From Rubripirellula sp. (GTDB lineage: Bacteria > Planctomycetota > Planctomycetia > Pirellulales > Pirellulaceae), in assembly GCA_965216875.1 (NCBI GenBank), contig OZ244207.1, forward strand, positions 64,001 through 128,000: a DNA stretch of 64,000 nt, in the 5' to 3' direction. A model generated the notes under the pieces. That model had not been told where the DNA came from. It saw only the letters and a program-made list of their open reading frames with translations, and did not search any database. The translations under genes were made by a program, and so were the position numbers. Shown in pieces: positions 62,000 to 64,000 of the stretch (its first letter is position 1; each line of letters opens with the position of its first letter).

Positions 62000-63019
62000 T
62001 TACGCTTTGGGCTCGTACGGTTTCGGTCGTACGACATCCTTCGCGAGTCCGACCGCTTCGAAGCACCGGATCACCCACCAGGACATATCGAATTCGAACC
62101 AGCGATGCCCATGGGCTGCCGATCGAGGTTGGGCGTGATGGTTGTTGTGCCAGCCTTCCCCGTGAGAAAACAAAGCGACTAACCAGTTGTTGGTGCTGTG
62201 TTCTCGGGTTTCATAATTGCGGTAGCCAAAGGTGTGAGCAAGCGAGTTGACGGCCCAAGTTCCGTGCAACACGAAAACCGTTCGCACGGCGACGGCCCAA
62301 AAACCCCAACTCGCGGCGTAGCGCACCGCTTCGCTCGAGCTGCCGCCAACGAAATACCCAACAATCGCACCTGCGGCGACGAACAAGAATGCGTGTGCGA
62401 TGAACACCAGTAGCCACCGGTGTTGTCGTTCAAGCTTCAAGTAAAAAGGGTCTCGCAACAGGTCGCGCACGTATCGCTCGTAGTGGCTGGTTTTGTCGAG
62501 CGATCGGTGACGGCAAACAACCCAGCCCATATGCGCCCACAGGAAGCTTGCCAGTGGTGTGTGGGGATCAGGTTGGTGATCACTGTGCTGATGATGCATG
62601 CGGTGGATGGCGACCCAACGAGCAGGGCTATCTTGAAGGTTGCACATCCCCAGTGTGGCCAGCGTGTGCTCAAGCCATTTCGGGCAGGTGAATCCGCGAT
62701 GGGTCAATAAGCGGTGGTACCCGATCGTGATTCCGAACATCCCAAACACAAAGTGCCCAAGGATTGCGAGTACCAATCCCGAGGGCGTGAAGAGGTAAGA
62801 CGCAAAGGGCGGGATGAAGGCAATCAGGCAAAGGACGTGCATCGCTGAAAGGACAATCGCGTAGTCCCACAGGATCTTGAGCGGTTGGGTTTCCTCGGGC
62901 AATGGCAGACGTTGCGGATCAACGCCACCTTCCGCTTCGGCCACCGAGGCGTCAGTCGTCTCGGCGGGATTCGAGCCGGTTTCGTCAGACAAGGATTCTT
63001 CGCACAGCGACTCAGACAT
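62000..63019 (-). CDS. Acyl-CoA (delta-9-type) fatty acid desaturase
   Basis: His boxes YHRLLTH, HRMHH, GEGWHNNHH; VNSLAH. Confidence 0.95.
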   Translation of the reverse strand: MSESLCEESLSDETGSNPAETTDASVAEAEGGVDPQRLPLPEETQPLKILWDYAIVLSAMHVLCLIAFIPPFASYLFTPSGLVLAILGHFVFGMFGITIGYHRLLTHRGFTCPKWLEHTLATLGMCNLQDSPARWVAIHRMHHQHSDHQPDPHTPLASFLWAHMGWVVCRHRSLDKTSHYERYVRDLLRDPFYLKLERQHRWLLVFIAHAFLFVAAGAIVGYFVGGSSSEAVRYAASWGFWAVAVRTVFVLHGTWAVNSLAHTFGYRNYETREHSTNNWLVALFSHGEGWHNNHHAQPRSAAHGHRWFEFDMSWWVIRCFEAVGLAKDVVRPKPYEPKA

Positions 63020-63087
63020 TCGGCCGATTCACTCCGTCCCAGCGGGCACGTTGGAGGTAACAGTTCGCCACGAACGTCACATCCAGA

Positions 63088-63128
63088 GAAAAAGCCGGCT
63101 CCCAGATGCGATGTTGGGAACCGGCTTC
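63088..63128 (-). terminator. Terminator hairpin after small basic protein gene
   Basis: Minus strand aagccggttccca..tgggagccggcttttt. Confidence 0.75.
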
Positions 63129-63208
63129 GGTAGTTTTGCAGATTCGCACGATTGAGGCAGCAGGAATCTTCCCGCCCGACGTGCGTCGTTTCATCGCAGA
63201 CTGATAGC

Positions 63209-63418
63209 CTACTTCTTGTCTTCGTCGTCTGCTCGTTTGACTTTCTTTTTCTTTTTCAGCGAGACTTTCTGGACGCGGACTTTAGGCATGCCCACGACTT
63301 TCTCTTCCTCGTTAAATTTGTCCAATTCCTTCAGACGAGCGATTCGCTCGGCGCGGGTGAGAACATTTCGAGTTTTGATCGCCCCAGCTTGTACCTTGAG
63401 GCTGCGATCCATAGTCAT
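63209..63418 (-). CDS. PVC-superphylum small basic protein
   Basis: MTMDRSLK..RNVLTRAERI..GMPKVR plus Lys-rich tail. Confidence 0.9.
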   Translation of the reverse strand: MTMDRSLKVQAGAIKTRNVLTRAERIARLKELDKFNEEEKVVGMPKVRVQKVSLKKKKKVKRADDEDKK

Positions 63419-63689
63419 TGCAATAAACTCTGTCGAATGCGATCGGTCGGGTTCATTTTCGGTTTCAAAGGCCCCGCAAAATAGAGGTTTGTCTCCGTTT
63501 TGACAAGGTTGCCCGAAATGACAATTCGAAATTTGATCGGATTCGTCCCGCGACCAATCCCTGGCTCTACTTGCGGCGTGCCACGATTTTGACGACAGGC
63601 GGGGCCATACCTCCACCGGGGGCCAGATTTGACGTCAATTACGGTCCTGGCGGATGGACATCGACCAGAGGCCAAGTAACCTACGGCCG

Positions 63690-64000
63690 ATGAACACCTC
63701 CTGGAAATCAGTCCTCGTCGCCCTGACCAAATTCGCGATTCCCGTCGCAATTATCGCCTATTTGTTGATTTGGCACGTCGGGCCCGAGAAATGGAATGAG
63801 CTCTCCGAGCAGCCCAAGGACTATTTCCTGCTCGTCCTCGCTCTCTTTGTGGCGCTTGCCGCGATGAGTATTTCGTTCGCTCGCTGGTGTCTGCTCGTCC
63901 GCTGTCAGGGGATTGAGCTCACCATGCTTGAAGCGTTCCGGCTAGGTGCCATTTCCTTTCTGCTTAGCTTCGTTGCTCCCGGCAGTGTCGGAGGAGACCT
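63690..64000 (+). CDS. Lysylphosphatidylglycerol synthase TM / flippase-like membrane protein (3' end outside window)
   Basis: Own translation: MNTSWKSVLVALTKFAIPVAIIAYLL..ARWCLLVRCQG..SFVAPGSVGGD. Confidence 0.85.
   Translation, partial: MNTSWKSVLVALTKFAIPVAIIAYLLIWHVGPEKWNELSEQPKDYFLLVLALFVALAAMSISFARWCLLVRCQGIELTMLEAFRLGAISFLLSFVAPGSVGGD

Noticed and set aside
63209..63418. Small Lys-rich protein as a novelty
   Set aside because: Already described as the PVC signature small basic protein

Overview
Chromosomal segment of a planctomycete, most likely Pirellulaceae. The assignment rests on a PVC small basic protein, DUF1559, DUF1501, PSD1/cytochrome c and LEPR-XLL proteins. Housekeeping genes are gdhA (5'-truncated), ribBA, tyrA, purL, a nagA-like gene, recQ, a DnaQ-BRCT exonuclease, a fatty-acid desaturase and tRNA-Ala(GGC). 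Lineage-typical accessory genes include a CotH-DUF4956 pair, a YhaO/YhaN (SbcD/SbcC-like) pair, an ECF sigma/FecR-LamG/PSD1/DUF1501 cluster with two DUF1559 pilin-like genes, and two large surface proteins. Intergenic DNA is densely filled with several REP-like palindrome families, but I see no transposase, integrase, phage gene or CRISPR array. The most unusual signals are: (1) a DUF1559 gene bracketed by ~190-210 bp inverted mosaic REP arrays beside tRNA-Ala; (2) an SbcD/Mre11-like protein that has lost several metal ligands, translationally coupled to a membrane-anchored SMC-like ATPase with a long acidic tail; (3) a 1186-aa acidic, Tyr-rich LEPR-XLL protein with no domain I recognise; (4) a cryptic clan CD (gingipain-like) protease; (5) a NagA homolog with Tyr replacing the metal-binding Glu. 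All calls come from motif reading by eye; no database searches were run.
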